Shown here piece by piece: positions 11,978 through 27,089 of a DNA stretch of 64,000 bases (the stretch's first letter is position 1; each line of letters opens with the position of its first letter). The translations under genes were made by a program, and so were the position numbers. The stretch is from the NCBI GenBank assembly GCA_964187785.1, contig OZ076409.1:34474001-34538000 (forward strand), in the 5' to 3' direction. Source of the stretch: Amphiscolops sp. MND2022. Taxonomy: Eukaryota. The notes beneath the pieces are model-generated. The model did not search any database. It saw only the letters and a list, made by a program, of their open reading frames with translations, and was not told the DNA's origin.

Positions 11978-14900
11978 GTCAGTTGTTTTTCTTTGGAGAA
12001 AACAGAAAAATGATTTAACACTTCGGAAGCATACAAAAATGGCTGGTTTGCAAAATTAAATTATCAAAACACATCCAAAAATAAAACTAATTGTGTAAAT
12101 TTTTGTGAAATAATATTCAAAGTATTATAAAAAAACTCATCTAATCAAATTTTTCGTCTAAAATGAAAACTTTTAACGGGGTGAAAAAATCTAATAATTT
12201 AATAAAGTTTTTAAAGGGCTGCTTCTGTATGCCATTGGCTGGAAATTAGAAAAGTGGGAATAAAAAAGAAGAAAGTTAATTTCCCTATGGACTGCCGAGT
12301 TCTGCTATTTTGAGTCGGAGTCGGGGCCCTTTTGGATACTACATCCCCATAGGCGGCTATGGTATCATCTTTGCAGCCAAGAAATGGCTGACTTGAAGCT
12401 GTGACTTCGAGTTTCAAAGTGACGTGCTTAGGTTCACAAAGATCTGACTGCCCGGGTCGACCCTCCATAGATATCTTAGATCTTGGAAAAATCTTAGCTA
12501 AGGTCTGGCCAAGATATTAGCAAAAATTGCAAGATGTCATGGTTAGATCTTATCAAGAGAGCCATGTTCCCAAGAAAACTTTTCTTGTAAAATCATATTT
12601 GAAAGGTACAAAATCTGAAAGGAAGTCAACAGAAATCAACATTTCTGCAGATTTATATTGTTAGACATTAAAACTTCTGTTAGCAATGTATAAAATTTGG
12701 TTGAAGAGATATATATTTAGGAAGATGCTGGTTAAATTGTTCTTTCAATTGCAAAACTGCCGCCAACAACGGCGTCAAAAAACCTTGAGCTGAATCATTA
12801 CCCAAATTAGTGCAATGACCGCCGCTTCTAGCAGTAATGAGGCTGCTGAAACAGTTTCAAAGAAAGCTGGAAATATGAATTTGAAAGAATTTCCAGATTT
12901 CTAATAATTCTCTGTGTAACTGTCACAGCCCCAGCTGTGCTGTGAGAACTGCCACCAAGTAAGAGCAGTCTATGGAGAAGGAAGACGGGAGTGAGTAAAA
13001 CAATCGACATATAACTGGTATGTGCTAATAACGGAGCTAACACATTTATATTAGTATTTAATAACATTGAGAACACGAACGGAGATAATTTATACTAAAT
13101 AATATCTAGAAAGGAGCTAAAACAATACACCTAACCACTACACCATGCTCACCAATCAATCCTTAAAATTCTTTTGTCTAGTTTGCTCAACATAAGTTCG
13201 TTAACATCGCTTCGAAAGGAGCTTATGCACTTAAAGTTGTCAGAAACCTTCTAATTCGAAATCAGGAAAAATGTGTAACAGACAATGTTTATATTCATGT
13301 TTCTAAAATTTTAGGACGAAGTGTCTGAAACCATCACAACGAAGCTTTGGACTTTCGTGGGATATCTGATATTGGTAGACCCGATAGTTTGGGAAGAATA
13401 TCTGCCCGGTTTGAGCCAATTCAGACCCCAAAGATCCAAACTATGGAGACCGGATGTGATCATTTTGAACAAGTAATTTTTTCAGTTTTGTTTTCGTTTT
13501 TTTGTTTGATGGCACGTGAAGGGAGTAAAAGAAACAACAAGACGGCCGCCGAGCAGCGAGATATTTTCCGCCCCAAACTGTTCTACAACTAAGTAAACTT
13601 GAGGCTCAAGAATAGCCAATGCACTATAAAATCGCAAAAAAGTTCGAAGCAAGGTAAGCTTTGATTCACTTGGTCAAGGAGTACCCCCTTGCTTTGATAG
13701 CTGATTTCGGCTTGAGAAAAGTAGTTTTGCGAGCTGAAACTCGTTTAGTCATTATAGAACTTTAACGGAAAATAAATTGGAGTTTTTTATTCCTGTTGGG
13801 CAAAAAGTGGCTTTCTACTCTCAGGCGAATGTCTCGAGGTAATTTTTGGCACTGAGATAACGGTAAAAGCTTGAAACTAGGTCCTTTGCAAATTTAGGAA
13901 ACTTGAGCGTTTCCGGTTTGTTATATTATTACACATACTTTCAGCAGAAGTGTCAAAAATTGGAAATCGTTTTGAAAAGCTTGGGGTCAATTTGAGGAAC
14001 TTTTCTAACATGAATCGACAGTTGTCTCTTCCAAATTACGCCTACTGGACACCGAGTATAGCTGTTGTTGAATGTTTACACCATTTTACCTCACGAAGTT
14101 GCTCGAAACATCTTCCTTTGGAAGGTGTACTCTATGTCTAGTGATTTTGCTGGGAGGTTTTTGGAATATATCAAATATTGGGTAGGTGAGGTCGAAAACT
14201 ACGTTTTCAAGTAAAGTTTTTGAAAGTTGGGCAAAAGAACTTGTCTGATTTCTTTCCGAAAACTACCCGTAGCTACACGTTTCAATCGTGAACCTATGGT
14301 ACTTCTGAATGAAGTAAATTTTCAGAAAGGTCGAAAATTGTTACTATGTTGTTGAAACTAAAGAAAGTTCGGAAACTTTGACACCTCTGTTGTAAACTAG
14401 AAGAACTTCATCCCACTTTTTTTTATTGCGTTTTGGAAACCCTATTATTTTAACGCTCAGGTCAATGGAAATTCCATTCTTCAAAAACGTTTGCGGTTTG
14501 AACTAAAATTGTGATTCGTTTGTCAAACAATGAGCTTGTTTGTTGTTTCATGAATACTCGGGTGTTTTTGAAAAATTTCCAACAAAACCATGCAGTTATC
14601 TCTTCAAAATGGCCTACTGGAGATACCCAGATTAGTCAATTAGTCATGTTTGAGTTTTTTGAACCAATTTATGCAAGGAAGTAGCTCAAAACTTGTACAA
14701 AAACTGCCTTAAAAAACTTCGAAATTCTGTTTTTCCAATATTTAGAACATTCTGAGGAAACTTGAAAAACGTGTTTCGGACATAGTTTTAGTATCTGGAG
14801 CTTTTGAAAACTTTTTTAAACCGAAACGTTCCAATCTCAAATAAAAATTCACTGAAAATATTGGTAATCGACAAAAATTTCGACAATTTCAACTTTTTGC

Positions 14901-17900
14901 GGGCAATTTTGAGCCATTCTCCAACCGAAGTCTGCAATACTTCTTTGAAAGCCTACTCGATTATCAGCCCAGTCTTTGTTGAACGTTTGCCATCCTTCTG
15001 ACTCCAAAACGATTCAAAAAGTATACAAGTTGCACAAAACAAAGATGTTGAAATTTTTCGACTCCTTCGGAGTGTTTCTGAAGTGTTTTTGAAGCAAAAC
15101 GCTGCAACTTTCTTTTCAAAGAATGGAATGCAAAGCTCGTTCGTTCGTTGAGGAGTTGATTGTGTTGGAACTTTGAACGGAAAACTACATAAATTGCATC
15201 AAAATTGACAAGAACTTTATATTTTTTGACAGTTCAGGGTGAATTTGAAGCTTTTCTCTCGGTCAAATTGAACTTATCTCGTGTCGAAAACTCACTGATA
15301 CAATACGTTTAGCATGGTTTAGGCGTTTCAACATTCTAGTCTGCGAAGTCTATCGATATTTGGACAAAACTTGACCAAAATTAGAGAAAACTGGAAAATT
15401 TTCTAAGCTTTGTCTCCTTCCATGTCAATTCTGGACAATTTTCGCTTGAAAATCCGCATTTATCTCTTTTCTAAGCATACTGGATAACACATTATTTCCT
15501 TGTTGACCTTTTTCAACGTTCCAGTTGACGAAGTTTGTCAAAAATCTGGAAAAAATGCATGAAATCTTTGCAAACTGGAAATTTTGGGATTTTTATCGTT
15601 TTCTGTTTCAATTTAAACATTTTCATTCAAATCAATGCAATTATCTCTTCATAAAAGACTGCTGGACAACCAGTTTTTTTGGTGACCCTTTAAAGCATTC
15701 CAATCTACAAATTCTGTCAAAACTTCGCCAAAAATTGCATAAATTTTTTGACAAGTTGAAAATTTTGTGTTTTTTGTCATTTTCGGTCTCAATTTGAGAA
15801 ATTTTCAGTCAGAACATTGAATCTATCTCTTCATAAAAGACTACTGCACAACCAGTTTTTTTCACTGTTGGTTCTTTAAAACGTTTCAATCCACGAATTC
15901 TGTCAAAACTTTTACAAAATTTATAAAACCTTTAAAGATTGGAAAATTTTGGGTTTTTGGTAATTTTCGGTGTCACTTAAGATATTTTCACTCAAAAAAC
16001 TGCAATGAACTCTTCAGAAAAGCCTATTGGACAACACACTCTTTCTTTGTTGACCCTTTTCAATTTTCCAATCTACAAAGTCTGTCGAAAATTCTGAAAA
16101 AAATCAAAAAATCTTTGAAAATTGAAAAATTGTGTTTTTTTGTCATTTTCTTTGTCAATTTGAAACATTTTCATTTTAAAAAATGCAATTAACTCATCGG
16201 AAAATCTTGGAAAAGCGGAAAACGTTGATTTTTTTGTCGTTTTCGGTTTCAATTTGAATGATTTTCAATTTTAAAAATGCAATTAACTCTTCGGAAAAGT
16301 CTACTGGACAACACAATCTTTCTTTGTTGTGTTGACCCTTTTTATTGTTCCATACTACAAAGTCCGTCAAAAATTTGAAAAAATGCATAAAATCTTGGAA
16401 AATCGGAAAACGTTGATTTTTTTTGTCATTTTCGGTTTAGATTTGTGACATTTTCAGTCAGAACATTGCAATTATCTCTTCCCAAAAGACTACTGGACAA
16501 CCAATTGTTTCACTGTTGATTCTTTAAAACTTTCCAATTCACGAATTCTGTGTAAACTTTAACAAAACAAATTCATAGAGCCTTCGAAAATTGGACAATT
16601 TTGGGTTTTTTGTATTTTCGGTGTCAATTTGAAACATTTTCATTATTTAAAATGCAACTAACTCTTCGGAAAAGTTTACTGGACAACACATTTTTTCCTT
16701 GTTGACCCTTTTTAATGTTCCAATCTACAAAGTCCGTCAAAAATTTGAAAAAATGCATAAAATCTTGGAAAATCGGAAAACGTTGATTTTTTTGTCATTT
16801 TCGGTTTCAATTTGTGACATTTTCAGTCAGAACATTGCAATTATCTCTTCCTAGAAGACTACTGGACAACGAATGTTTTCACTCTTGATTCTTTAAAATT
16901 TTCCAATGCACGAATTTTGTCAAAACTTTAACAAAAAGCTTCATAAAACCTTTAAAAATTTGATAATTTTGGGTTTTTTGTCATTTTCGGTGTCAATTTG
17001 AGACATTTTCACTCAAAAAACTACAATGAACACTTCAAAAAAACTACTGGACAACACATATTTTCTTTGTTGACCCTTTGCAACGTTTCAATATACAAAG
17101 TCTGTCGAAAAGTTCGAAAAATAGCATAAAATCTTTGAAAAATGAATTTTTTTTTTGTTATTTTCGGTGTCAATTTGAACCATTTTTTTTGCAAAATGCA
17201 ATAAACTCAACGGCAAAGGCTTTTGGGCAACACATTTTTTGTTGTTGACCCTTTTCAACGTTCCAGTTCACAAAGGCCGTCAAAAATTTGAAAAAATGCA
17301 CAAAATCTTGGAAAATCGGAAAACGTTGAATTTTTGTCATTTTCGGTGTTAATTTGTGACATTTTCAGTCGGAACATTGCAATTATCTCTTCCTAAAAGA
17401 CTTCTGAACAACGAATTTTTTCACACTTGATTCCTTAAAGCTTTCCAATGCACGAATTCTGTCAAAACTTTGACAAAAGAAATCATAAAACCTATAAAAG
17501 TTTGAAATATTTGGAATTTTTGTCATTTTCGGTGTCAATTTGAGACATTTTCACTCAAAAAACTACAACGAACTCTTCAAAAAATTTACTGGACAACACA
17601 TTTATTCTTTTATGACCCTTTTCAACGTTCCAAGTCGGTCGAAACGTTCGGAGAGTAGCAGAAAATCTTTGAAAAATGAAATTTTTTTGTTGTTTTCGGT
17701 GTCAATTTGAACCACTTTCTTTCTAGAAAATGCAAAAAACTCTTCCGCAAAGCCTACTGGACAACAAATTCTTTCGTTGTTGACCCTTTTCAACGTTCCA
17801 ATCCACAAAGTCTGTCAATAATTCGAAAAAAATGCGTAAAATCTTTGAAAACTGGAAAATTTTGATGTTTTTGTCATATACTGTGTCAATTTGAGACATT

Positions 17901-20900
17901 TTCAGTCAGAACATTGCTATATCTCTTCATAAAAGACTACTGGACAACCAATGTTTTCACTGTTGGCCCTTTAAAACAATCCAAGCCACGAATTCTGTCA
18001 AAACGTTACTAAAAATAATCCAAAAAACCTTTGAAAACTAAAAAAATTTTGTTTTTGGTCATATTCGGTGTCAATTTTAGACACTTTTACTACGAAAACT
18101 ACAATAAACTCTTCCTTCGTAAAAGCCTACTGGACAGCACATTCCTTCTTTGTTGACCCTTTCCAACGTTCCAATCTACAAAGTCCGTCAAAATTTTGAA
18201 AAATATGCATGAAATCTTTGAAAAACGGTAAATTCTGAAATTTTCCTCATTTTCGGTGTTAATTTGAGGTATTTTCACTTGAAATCTGGAATAAACTCTT
18301 CGGAGAAGCCTACAGGACAACACATGCTTTCTGTGTTGACCCTTTTTAACGTTCCAATCCACAATGTCAGTCAAAAATTTGGCGAAAATGCATAAACACT
18401 TTGAAAATTGGAAAATTTTGGGACTTTTGTCATTTTCAGTGTCAATTTGAGACACTTTCACTAAGAGAACTGCAATAAACTCTTCGTAAAAACCTACTGG
18501 ACAGCACATTCTTTCTTTGTTGACCCTTTCAACATTCCAATCTTTAATGCATGCAATCTTTGAAAAATGGATAATTCTGTTATTTTTGTCATTTTCGGTG
18601 TTAATTTGAGATTTATTCAGATGGAAAACAGCAATCATCTCTTCTGAAAAGCCTATTGGACAACGAATTAGTGCCATGTTGAGCATTTCCAATTTTGTAA
18701 TCCACGAAGTTTAACGAAAATTTGACAAAAATTTCATAAAACTTTAAAATTTGTAATTTTTTCGTTTTTTGTCAATTTTGGGTCTTTTTCTTTCGGAAAA
18801 AACCTCGTTTATCTCTTCATAAACGACTACTGCACAACATATTCTTGCCTTGTTGGACCTGTTGAACATTCTAATCCAGGACATCTTTCGAGAAATTGAC
18901 AATGAAACCTAAAACTTTTTGCAGTTTTTACTATTTTTGGGGTCATTTTTGGGTCATTTTGGGTCCTTGGGGTCAACTAAAAAGGTCCAGAAACCTCCAC
19001 AAATTCAAATCGAACGAAGCTAAATTTATGTGAGTTAAATTCTATGGGTAACACCCTTAAAGTTAAATATGATTTTGGTGCTTGGCAAATTTTGTAAAAA
19101 AAAAACCGTTTGATTTAAATATTTTCCTTTCCCAAATGAAACATGGACGGAAGATAATAATCAAGCGGGGAAAGCCTGAGAAAAAGCAAAGAACAAAAAG
19201 AAGAGAAACAGTTTAATATGCTCGATGGCAATTGTCGAGAAAAATACACTGGGTGATTTTTTGATGAATTTAAAAATTTTAATCCAATTTCAATCTGCCG
19301 CCAAAACTTCGATGAACTTTTCAAGCAGCTTGATAAAAGTTAGATACAACAGGGAAATCTTTTCGCATGAAGGTTTCCGTAAGAGTTTCAGAAAGTCATA
19401 ATGAAAGTTGCTGGTATTATTAAAGTACATGCTAAACGTTCAAGTAGTTTCAACAAGGGCAGTCTTTTCCGCTCGATAAAATTCATTAGTAAGAGCAAAG
19501 GCTCCGTTCATCTCCGTTCGGTATTCATTTCGGGCTAACACTTAGACATATGTTGAAAGCTGGTTTCAGGACACAAAACGAATCGCAATTCAACCATTGG
19601 ACGGCAGGGTTTGAATGTCTGACAAAAAAGATATCAATGCAAATTCCAAGAACAAATGTCTCAAACGGAGAACACAGAGACACCATCCTCGAATCCATTT
19701 GAAGGCGTTTCATCCTAATTATCCTAAAGAACTTCAGAAATCCTTCAATTTTTTTGAGTTGAGATACTGTAAACACAACAGCTGCCAAATACTTTGGCTG
19801 GTTAGCTTGTTGGATACGTTGAGATTTGCGACCATCAAATTTCGCCGAAAACAATTGAAATCTGTCAGCGAAAATTTTGTCAGCGAATTCATTCGTCAAT
19901 TGAATGAAGAGATTGAAATAAACATCAACGAAGAGTTCATGATAAAATAGCAATAGTTTTTTGACAATTTGAAGAAAAGTTTTCACTTTGTTTGGATTTT
20001 TGCGACTGATAACAGTGAAATCGGCACGTCCAGAGTGTCTTTTAATTTACACCGGTATTTAATGAACTTGAGCTGTATGTGGAAACTGTGTACGATAAAA
20101 TGATCCAGTTAATTTTCCGTACACAGCCCAAGTTTATTCAATAGCGTTGAAAATGAAATGAAAACCCTCTGGACATTCCAATTTCTATCATTATGAGTCG
20201 CAAAAATCTCAACAACAAATTAAAAAGAACTCTTCGACTTACATTCGCTGTTCGGGAAAACTTGGGAACAAGTTCCATTTCTAACTGGATAAATTTGTAC
20301 GCTCAAAGAAGCAATGCCTACGATGGGCTTTTTCTTGTTGTGGGCTATTCTTCACATCGTCTTGCACTTGCTGTCAAATAAAACCTAATCGAAAAATCCA
20401 ATATACTGGATAAATAACTGACATAATGCTCAAACTTTAAACAAAAGTAGTTGGAAGTAAACACCTGCGGTATACACATGCTATTCCGACTGCTGAAAAC
20501 TTGGTAGGTGGTCAAGTATCTTCAACATGACTAGGCGATATATGCCAATCAAAGATAATCTGCCTCTCATTATGGCAACAGAACCGCGGCACTTGTTAAT
20601 TTATTTCTTTCATCGCGAGGATCAATGCAGCACTTCATCGGTAGTGGTTTCATGAACGAAATTGCAATTATTTCTCAGTGTCAACCACAAAAGTGTCATC
20701 TCGAAAGTGTCATCGACAAAACCGCAGATAAAAATGTCGGAAAGACACATTTTGTCATTATTGTATTAGAATCATTATATGATTAATCAGTAAAAATTAT
20801 ATGAATGATTTTGAAACTTAGAATGAATAGTATGACTAATTTTTCCCATTTAAAAAGATAAAAATGACGCCACTAAGATTTGATACAACCTGTTTGGACG

Positions 20901-21410
20901 TTTTTGACTGTCGGATTTATTGAATGTTTTGTTGACGTTGTTACCGTCCTTTTGTTGCAGTAGCGTCACTGTCGTCAATGTTATTTCTAGACTGACACCA
21001 GTTATTGAGTGTGGCAGTGTTTTACTCATTGGACATTCGGCAATTCAGGGGACGCAATTTCTAGAAATCTAATTGTGACCTGAAACTTTTATGTACTCTC
21101 TGTGAACGGACACTTACAATGCGAAAAACAGTTAGGAATTCGGCCCATTGGAAATCTATTCTGATTGTGTTGAAATTTCGTTTCAGAAAAAGTTTCAGAA
21201 GTTATGAACAGCTCCAAAATTATTTGTAGCTCTTGACAACAATATCATAATTCTTACATTTCGATTGCACGTATGAAATCGTACGGGAAGCTTTTCCCCC
21301 GTAGCTCCATGTGTTTAGTCCACCCATGCATCTGCATTGTTTATATGGTTTCATGTATGGATTTGCATGAAAGCCTCATAGTTTCGAACCCTTTGGGAAG
21401 TTGTCTAAAC

Positions 21411-21443
<33 letters not shown>

Positions 21444-24400
21444 TGTGGGAGGCTCTATGGTTTAAGCAACGGCCAATTTTCTGGCCATAGAGTGTCCAAG
21501 CCCTGAATTCAGGTTAGCCATAGAGTGGTTTTACAAAAAGTCACATGTAGGAAACTTCCAGCATTACGGAAAGGTATTCACTCAAAAGCATTCCGGAAAT
21601 GATTGCCGCATGCACTTGCGCAGCCTCGTCGCATAGGCGGAACTGGTAAATAACGATGACGTAATTAGACACTCTCTGGCTAGTGACGTAATCACCATTC
21701 CCGCCAATACCAATACCTGTGTGACGTAATCAGACAACTGTAATTTATACAAAGCATCCGGATGACATAACATTCATTTCAACACTGCATTCAATACGAA
21801 TCATTGCGCTTGCTTCCAATTTCTTTTCAAAAATTTTAAATTTCCTATAATCACTCTTTGATCACCTTTTGGTTACATATAGACACGTAATGGCTAGAGT
21901 ACTTAGATCCGGTAGAAGAATTAAAAATGCTTCAGAAAAAGACTTCGAACAATCAGAATTGCCAGCATCTAGTCCAGAAAACTTAAATTTAGACTCGAGT
22001 TTCGGTTTACCAACACCAGGGCCTCTTACACAGGCTATAATAGACGATTTAGCTGGATCACAGTCCATCATGCCAGAGCTCGACGAAATCGTGGAAAATG
22101 ATTTTCTCCTGTTTTCCCCTAAAAAGACAGACAATTCCCCCTTTGAAGCCACCCATAGTCATGACGAAATACCCCCCGAAGTGTCTGAGACCGAACAAGG
22201 GCCGTCAACGATACCGGTCGAGCCAAAAACAGTGAAACGCGGAGTCAAACCAAAACAATCTGGTGAAATTCAGTGTCCTATCTGTCCAAAAAAAGTCAAA
22301 TTCCTTCGTCAGCATTTAGTAAAGAGCCACAAATGGACCGGTGTCCACCTACGTTTCATTTTGAGTGTGTTTTCAACTAAAAATGCCAAAAGTCCCGTGT
22401 ACGAATGCGCAGAATGTGTATACCGATTCACTCATCGTCAGCGACATTTGAGTCAATTCCCTCAACATTCAGTCAAAAACATCACCCGAGACAATTGCAA
22501 TACATTTCCAGCCGAAATCATCAAATACATGAAAGAAAAAGGTGTCCTATCCGAGAGGGGCGGCGAATTGCTAAACAAATATCGCGATTATTGCATTGAA
22601 AAAATGAAACGACCACTTGCAAATTTCCAATTCGACGCAATTGCAAAGTTTTTCAGAGGCACACACAGCATGAAAAGACCTGAACTAGTTGGCAAATGTC
22701 TTGATGATTTGAAAAAAGATCGCCAATATACTTTCAGCTCAGTACGAAAAATTTGTTTTGACATCAAACAGTTCATAAAGTGGATGAATGCCGGCTATCA
22801 AAAATCTTATCGAATAAACAAGGTCAGTTTTGACGACTCGATCAATTTGTGGCTCAGTGAGACTTCTAAGGACTGCCTTAAAGAACAGTCAAAGCGAAAA
22901 CAGGAACGATTTGCACAAATTCCCACCATGGAATCGCTTTGTGAGATCCAAGACAAGGTGGAAAATTTCATTGAAAACAAATTAGAATTAGACTCGCCAT
23001 GGCATACATTGACGGTATTCGAAAAATTGTCGCTGGTATTATTCCAGATTCACTCACGAGCCAATTGCCGTGTTGGTATTTTGTTGTCTTTTACGACCGA
23101 ACAACTTGACGCATATGAACCAGGGACCTTTATTCGCTCTAATGACCATAAAACCGGAAGTTTATTCACCAACTACGCCTATATAACAGCTTTTGAAAAG
23201 AAAGTTTTGCAAGAACTTCACAGCGAATACGAAGAAAAATTTGGTATCAAACCGACAACAATTTTTCCCGGCCACGATGATAATGAATTCACGTCGCAAT
23301 CGGCCACAATCAGCCGTCTAATGAAAAATTTATTTGGCAAAAAAGACGAAAAATTCAACCCGAATTCATGCAGAAAAGTTTGGGAGACTTTTTATGAGAA
23401 AAACAAGCAAAAAATTCCGGCAAATCTCCGCAAAATATTCGAGGCTAATTCGGCACACTCTGAAAAGACGCGTGAGAAACACTATGTAGTGCCCCCAACA
23501 GATATGGAGCTACAAAACCTATTCGATGCCACAAATGATATCCGGGTTCAATTTCGAAAAAAACGCGCCGAAAAACCTTCAGAAATAACTTTGACAGTTC
23601 CCAGTACTGCTTCTGAGGAAGCTGCTGACACTACTGAAGATGAGGATGGGCCTCAAGATGAATTAATTGCTTGTTCGTCAAAAAGTTTGTCCAAAAATGT
23701 TCAAGTGAAAACTGGTCAAAAAAGTGAAAAACGCAAAAAAGTCAAAAAAGTCTCAAAAAAGAATGAAAATAGCGAATCCGAAACAGACGACGACTCTGAA
23801 AGCGACGGTGATGGTAACGACAAAGAATTTCTACCCCCGCGAAATGCAAAAGTGGTCAAAATTGAAGATACAAACATCAAAACAAGAATGAAAAATGAGG
23901 AATTGTATGATGAAATAGCCAGAAAACTTTTGAAATTCAGTAACCGAAAGTCTTTCCCGTTAGAAAAAGAGTATAAAAGAGCTTGTCGAATGGTGGCTTC
24001 AAAGAGAGCAAAGCTGTCGAAAGGCAACGTAAAAGACATTGTAAACGAATTGAAATTAAATGAGGAAGATACTGCGTTTGTTTTCAAAAAAGTTTATTGT
24101 AAGATGGTTAACGTTTACGCTACTGTAAAATTTTAGTCTCTACATAGATAATGAGTGACCCTTTTACTGCTGGTAATTACTGGATAGTTTTGAATTGCCT
24201 CAATCAGAGTTTTCAGTTACTTTGTTGAATTGAAATTTGAGCTGCCGAAATCTCTTAAACCACCACGTGTCTATGTGTAACCAAATTTATAACAAAGAGT
24301 GTCTAATAGTAACTAGATTGACAATGAACGTCTAATAGTTATTTTAGTGCAAGCGGTGTAAAACGCCAGTAACACTGCTACAGTGCGTGTATAGACTGAG

Positions 24401-24771
24401 AACAACTTCTGATCATTCATAAAATGATTGGCCAATGAGAAATGAGACCACACTTGAATTACGTCACACATTACGATTCGCATCTGATACTCTCGCTGGA
24501 TGACCATAGAGAGTCGTATAATCCCGAAATAGAAGCTGAAAATGTTTTGGGACCTGAAAACCATTCTAATCTGAAATGAGACACTTGGAATTATTTGCAA
24601 TTGTAATCTTATCACCACAGAGAATGTTTTCCAACCATTTGATTGTCCTGAAAAAGTTTTGAAGAGTTTTTTGAGAAGTTTGAATTTTTGAGGTTGGCCA
24701 TAGAGAGTCTGGGTATGACATAAAAAGTCCTATTATTAACGGGCTTTTAGCCATAGAGAGTACTATAATAC

Positions 24772-24817
<46 letters not shown>

Positions 24818-27089
24818 TTTTATTAGACTCTCTATGTACAAATTTTTAATATTATTCAGACTCTCTGTGACATGCCAGACTCTCTATGTCCTAGCGGAAA
24901 AAATTAACTCGCAAATATTTAAAAACAGCAAGAGTTTCGTTTCTCAAAAAATACATGCCAACATAGTTGGGTGTGATAAGATTACAATTGCAATATTTTC
25001 CAAATGTCTAACTCTTGATTAACAATTGTTTCAAGGCTGAAAACATTTATCACGTGTTATTTGGTATTATTGGATGCTTTTTGTCCGCCCAGCGAGGATT
25101 ATCGGAGGTCACGTGACCTAATCTTATTCTGACGTCACAGCTTCTCATTCGTTGTTCATTTCATTCCGCATACTAAACAGCAGTTCTAGCAGCATTCTAC
25201 AATGTTTCTAATCAATTCTTATGCTACACTTATGGCCTGGTGACGGTCTCAACCTTTTAACTATTAGACTCTCGATGATTTTGGTTCTTGATTATCAGAC
25301 AATATATGACTCAAAAACTAATATTATAGGACAATTAATGAATAAAATAGCCCCCATTTGTTTGTGATTGCTCTTTTTCTGACTCTGTTCCTTTTTAACG
25401 GTTTAAAATAGAGCAACAAAACGTATACAAATGTTTACATTGGGTGAAACCTAAACGAAATGTATCTTTTGAGTCCAAAATGAGAGTGTCATTTTCAAGT
25501 TTGGGTTTGAAATATTTTGAGCACTAATTTTCAGTCCTTACGTGACAAGGGTATTTCTTGCTATAACTCTTTTTTATTTGCATTTGTAACCCAATGAAGC
25601 TTACTAACATCAATTAAACAACGTTTAGGCATCGTATTATGCAATTAATGTTCTGTTTTTAGTTTTTTAAGCATATTTTTCTCGTATTCAACCAATTTTT
25701 AATTGTGTGTCATGTAGCAAACGCGAATGTAAATGCTTCCTGATTTCTTTTAAAAACTTCCGATGAAGTGTCCAGTTATGTTTTTACTGAACTGACTAAT
25801 TGCGAAATTGATTAGCATGCCAAAACGGCAGTTGGCTCTTGGAAAAATATGAAATGGCATCAAGCCAAACGCCCTTTGAGAAGACAGATTACGTCAAGGC
25901 GAGTCCAATAATTATCACTCGTCGATTAAATGTCGAGTAAGTACCGAGTTTCGCCAAAAAAAGACATAAGGAGAATCAAAGTGAATCTCATCTTATTCCT
26001 CGACCGACTCTCTGTCTGACCAGTCCTGGGGGTTTCCTTCGCATTAACCGTAGTACCGTGTAATTTCTAGTTTCTGTTGAACATGTAAGACGCTATATGA
26101 TTAACATTCACAATAAAAAGAAACAATTTGATGTCATAACATAGCGTTCCCGTCATACTGAAGGTGCAATTCATTACGACACGATTCCCTTTCACAACAT
26201 AATCTGCAATTTCGGGCACCCTGATGTGCTGGCAAAGAAACTCGGCATGTAAAGTCAAAATGGACGCTGTTTAAAAAATTACTGTTTTGGTTTCATTACT
26301 TCTTTTTCTTTTCCTGTCAGCTTGTTCAGCTTTGGGAGTTGGCACAGAAGTTTTGCTTAATGATGGAGTTTGCGTTACATGCCCTTAGCTAATATTATTA
26401 ACCAGTTTTGACGATGGAGTTGCCTCAATTTCCGAGTCGAGTAAATCCAACACCTGCAGTGAACAAGGGTTTGACTCACAAATGTTGTCAATTAGTGCCT
26501 GTGTCGCAGGTCGAAGGCTTGGAAATCCAATCAGTGGAGTGTCCGGGGCAACAACGATGTTTTCTGAACTCACATCTAGTTTAGATTCCTCTTATAACGC
26601 TGGTTTTTCGATCTGAGGCTTATTTGTAATATAAGTGCCATTAATTGTCTAATAATTGCACTTGTTGAATTTTTGAAACATTAGTAGAAATGTGAAAATA
26701 AAAACCGTTGAAGAAAAGATATCAAAAAAACTTAAAATTTAAAAGTGCTCGTTTAAGGTCTCGGAATGAAGACAAACATACCTGATTACGCAATTCGTTG
26801 AGCGGTAGACAGAATGGCAGCGCAAACGCGTTTCCGGCGTGAAAAAACGACGTCATAGAGTGTCTTGAGCGGTGGTTGGTTATCACATTAACCAGCGGAC
26901 GGAAATTTCCAACTCTGTGCATGCAGCCTTGTATTTGGGCACTATTTGATGGTTTATATTTGTTTTTGCTGCAGTGTGAATATAACTTCCCAACTTGAGA
27001 AACTCTCTATGTACACCCGTATTTTGGAGTTCAGACTTCCTATGACACACCAATTTTGCGTTTTCTATGTACATAGATGGTCTAATGGT

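Noticed and set aside
18099..18692. 197-aa ORF and other ORFs at 14.8-18.7 kb
   Set aside because: Chance translations of the ~180-bp satellite.
19200..19990. ORFs of 111-153 aa
   Set aside because: No recognisable domain; overlapping ORFs on both strands in repeat-derived DNA.
24566..24841. Poly-Ile ORF, and the poly-Asn ORFs at 21273 and 26946
   Set aside because: Translations of (AAT)n microsatellites.
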